From contig NW_021833258.1 in assembly GCF_006345805.1 (NCBI RefSeq), forward strand, positions 1-64,000: 64,000 nt of DNA, written 5' to 3'. The DNA is from Octopus sinensis (taxonomy: Eukaryota). The notes beneath the pieces are model-generated. The model ran no database searches and was not told the origin of the DNA. It worked only from the letters and a program-made list of their open reading frames with translations. The translations under genes and the position numbers were made by a program. This document shows positions 61,040-64,000 of this stretch, piece by piece. Positions within the stretch are counted from its first letter, which is position 1, and the number at the start of each line of letters is the position of its first letter.

Positions 61040-61720
61040 AAGGTTTAATGACCTCATCATATGTCGAAGACATTCACGTTGTTCATTTTAACCAAAAGCA
61101 GAAAATTTTTTTTAATTTTTTTTGGGGGGAAGGTTTTAAGGACCTCATCATGTATTCGAGGACATCGTAGTTGTCATTTTAACCAAAATGCAGAAATTTT
61201 TTTTAATTTTTTTTGGGGGAAAGATTTCAAGGACCTCTCATGTAGTCGAGGACATCGTATTGTTCATTTTAACCAAAATGCAGAAAATTTTTTTTTAATT
61301 TTTTTTGGGGGGAAGGTTTTAAGGACCTCATCATGTAAGTCGAGGACATCGTAGTTGTTCATTTTAACCAAAATGTAGAAAATTTTTTTTAATTTTTTTT
61401 GGGGGGAAGGTTTTAAGGACCTCATCATGTAAGTCGAGGACATCGTAGTTGTTCATTTTAACCAAAATGCAGAAAATTTTTTTTTAATTTTTTTTGGGGG
61501 GAAGGTTTTAAGGACCTCATCATGTAAGTCGAGGACATCGTAGTTGTTCATTTTAACCAAAATGCAGAAAATTTTTTTTAATTTTTTTTGGGGGAAGGTT
61601 TTAAGGACCTCATCATGTAAGTCGAGGACATCGTAGTTGTTCATTTTAACCAAAATGCAGAAAATTTTTTTTTAATTTTTTTTGGCGGGAAGATTTTAAG
61701 GACCTCATCATCGAGGATAT
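61040..61720. repeat. About 7 copies of a ~94-95-bp tandem repeat, inverted homologue of the 44.8-kb array
   Basis: Unit AGGACCTCATCATGTAAGTCGAGGACATCGTAGTTGTTCATTTTAACCAAAATGCAGAAAATTT..GGGGGAAGGTTTTA. Confidence 0.95.
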
Positions 61721-61806
61721 TCTTGATATGTTAGATTTTTGGGTGGAAGATTCTTGGAGGAGTTCATGATTTTAAGCTTGTTCCCCATTATTGGCTAATT
61801 ATAAGG

Positions 61807-63942
61807 CAGGGGTGGCCAACCGGTCGATCGCGGCATGTTTCGTGGTCGATCGCTCGATATATAAATTGCTAATTATTTTTTTTGTATTTAAATCATTGCA
61901 AAACTCATCCTCAAAGGAAATTGCAGCATTTAAATTATTATAAAAAAAATATTTATCAATATTAAAGTAAGTATTTTTCACGTGTCTTGTTATGAGGTGT
62001 AACAAAAAGTCCAAATCATATAAATTTAATGCCAAATGGGAAAAAGACTATATTTTTACGATGCACATGGAAAAATGCACATGTATGCTATGCAATAAAA
62101 TCATTTCATTACCAAAAAGGGGAAATCTTTGTCGACATTTTAATTCTTTACATCCCGAGTTCAACAAACACTTTCCTTTAAATTCCTTATTACGGGAAGA
62201 GAAAGTTGAACAATTAAAAAAATCTTTTTTTTCACAACATACAATTTTGAAAAAGTTTATTAATTCGTCCAGATCTGCAACAATTGCATCATTGCGAGTG
62301 ACTCGTCTCCTCGTAAAACACAAAAAACCTTTCACTGATGGGAAATTTTAAAATCTTGTTTTTTGGAAGCTGCCGATTCACTATTTGATGGTATGAAAAA
62401 TAAACAGGAAATTTCAAATTGCATCAAAGAGCTTCCTTCACCTCTCAAAACAGTCAATTGTCAGAAGGGCTGAAAGCATTTCTGAAAATCTTCTTTCGCA
62501 GTTAAAAAAGGATCTTTACGCATGTTCGTGTTTTTTTCTACAGTTTGACGAATCAAACGATGCTATTGATATCGCCCAACTATGTGTATTTTCCCGTTTA
62601 ATCTTCCATGATCTAACTGTCAAGGAAGAGTTATTTGCTATTATACCTATGAAAGAAAGAACAACTGGTGAAAATATTTATAATTCTTTCAAAACGTTTT
62701 TGTTATCATTCGAATTATTACCGTTAATGAAGAAACTTGTATCCATAACAACAGATGGAGCCCCTGCAATGATTGGGAATCAAAATGGATTTATTGCATT
62801 TTGTCGGAAAGATGAACATTTTCCGAAATTTTTATCATATCATTGCATCATTCACCAACATGCATTATGTGGGAAAATGTTAAATTTCAACTATGTTATG
62901 GAGACAATAGTTAAAATTATTAATTCCATCCGAGCCAAGCCCCTACAAAGAAGATTATTTCGACTTTTTCTAGAACAAGTCGATGCAATCTATGGCGATC
63001 TACCTTTACATTGTGACATAAGATGGTTAAGCAAGGGATTAATTCTCAGTCGTTTCAGAGAATTATTATCATACATTAAAGAATTTTCTAAAGAAAACAA
63101 CAAGAATTGGCATTTTCTTGAAAATCCTGTTTGGCTAATAAACTTGGCATTTTTAACCGATATTACCAGCAAACTGAATGAACTCAATTTAGAATTACAG
63201 GGAAAGAATAGATATATTATCGATATGATCAGTTCAATAAATGCTTTCATAATGAAGTTGGAATTATGGATATCTCAAATCAGAAAAGAAAATTTTACCC
63301 ATTTTCCTAACATTGAAGATGAATTCACAAAACAACTTGTGAATAAAAATCATTATGTCAATGAATTGCTATGGTACTAGAAAAAATAATGAACGAGTTA
63401 AATAACAGATTTAGCGATTTCAAGAAAATTACTATATTATGCAGTTTCTTTGTTTCTCCGTTCATGGATGTAGACATCGAAAATATTTCAGAAGAATTTA
63501 GCAAGATTTTTGACGTTGATCGAAGAAAAAGTCAAATAGAAATTATAAATCTAAAAAATGACATCACTTTAAATTACATTCAAATGTCAACATGTGGAAA
63601 TTTATGTCTCAGGAAAATATCCAATTTTGATTGATTCGTATCAACGAATTCTTTCATGCTTTGGAAGCACATATTTATCCGAAACATCATTTTCAAGTAT
63701 GAAAATGATAAAATCTCAATACAGGACACGTTTAGCGGATGACCATCTTGGGGATTGCATGAGAATAGCAATAAGCTTATACGAGCCAGAATTTGAAATA
63801 ATCGCAAGTGAATTACAATGCCAAAAATCGCATTAATTTTTAATTGTAAAATAAAATTTTTGATATTAAAATATATAAGTCGATCTCCAAAAAATCGCAA
63901 AATGAAAAGTAGCTCGCCGGTGAAAAAGGTTGGCCACCCCTG
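61807..63942 (+). mobile_element. Full-length but frameshifted hAT (GTF2IRD2/SPIN-like), no introns detected
   Basis: TIR CAGGGGTGGCCAACC at both ends, perfect TSD TTATAAGG. zf-BED, FDES, TTDGAP, HCIIH, RWLSKG, STYLSETSFS across five ORF pieces. Confidence 0.93.
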
Positions 63943-64000
63943 TTATAAGGGGAAAAGATTTTGACAATTTATCTGTACTTTGCCAATTTGAAGTTGGTGT

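Larger units (their letters stand above)
60790..64000 (-). mobile_element. 5' half of a Helitron of the 44552 family, inverted, split by a hAT and running off the window
   Basis: Reverse-complement similarity: 63951-64000 to 44619-44670, 61741-61806 to 44660-44730, an exact 25-mer 61700-61724 to 44750-44774, the tandem array, and 60790-60905 to 45730-45780. Confidence 0.75.

Noticed and set aside
1-64000. tRNA, rRNA, snRNA, spliced-leader genes, telomeric repeats, LTR/integrase or viral genes
   Set aside because: None recognised by eye; small RNA genes could be missed without covariance models.

Overview
AT-rich eukaryotic nuclear DNA made mostly of nested transposable elements. I can support three host genes or gene fragments. 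(1) The 3' end of a RAE1/Gle2-like WD40 gene at the left edge, with several indels. (2) A complete squalene epoxidase (SQLE, 8 exons, 486 aa after hand splicing). (3) A stand-alone UMPS-type orotate phosphoribosyltransferase with no OMP-decarboxylase half. The GT-AG introns in the SQLE and OPRT models and the best RAE1 intron are all 23-34 nt. Intron-rich genes with such tiny introns plus animal-type transposons suggest a reduced parasite or symbiont such as a dicyemid; this is inference, not identification. The rest consists of Buster/SPIN-type hAT elements with 8-bp TSDs, Tc1 and pogo/Tigger elements, a MULE relic, Helitrons carrying about 95-bp tandem arrays, two groups of restriction-like-endonuclease (RLE) non-LTR retrotransposons, APE/RTE-type LINE fragments and MITEs. 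Two observations stand out, neither visible in the ORF track. (a) Five DNA transposons (one Tc1, one pogo, three Buster-type hATs) carry 10 host-sized micro-introns (23-33 nt) at non-shared positions, and removing them restores conserved transposase motifs, while the only intact transposase in the window is intronless. (b) A near full-length CRE-type RLE retrotransposon starts with a complete C4HC3 PHD finger in a 57-aa ORF below the track cut-off. All splicing, alignments and family assignments were done by eye from remembered motifs; no database searches were run.
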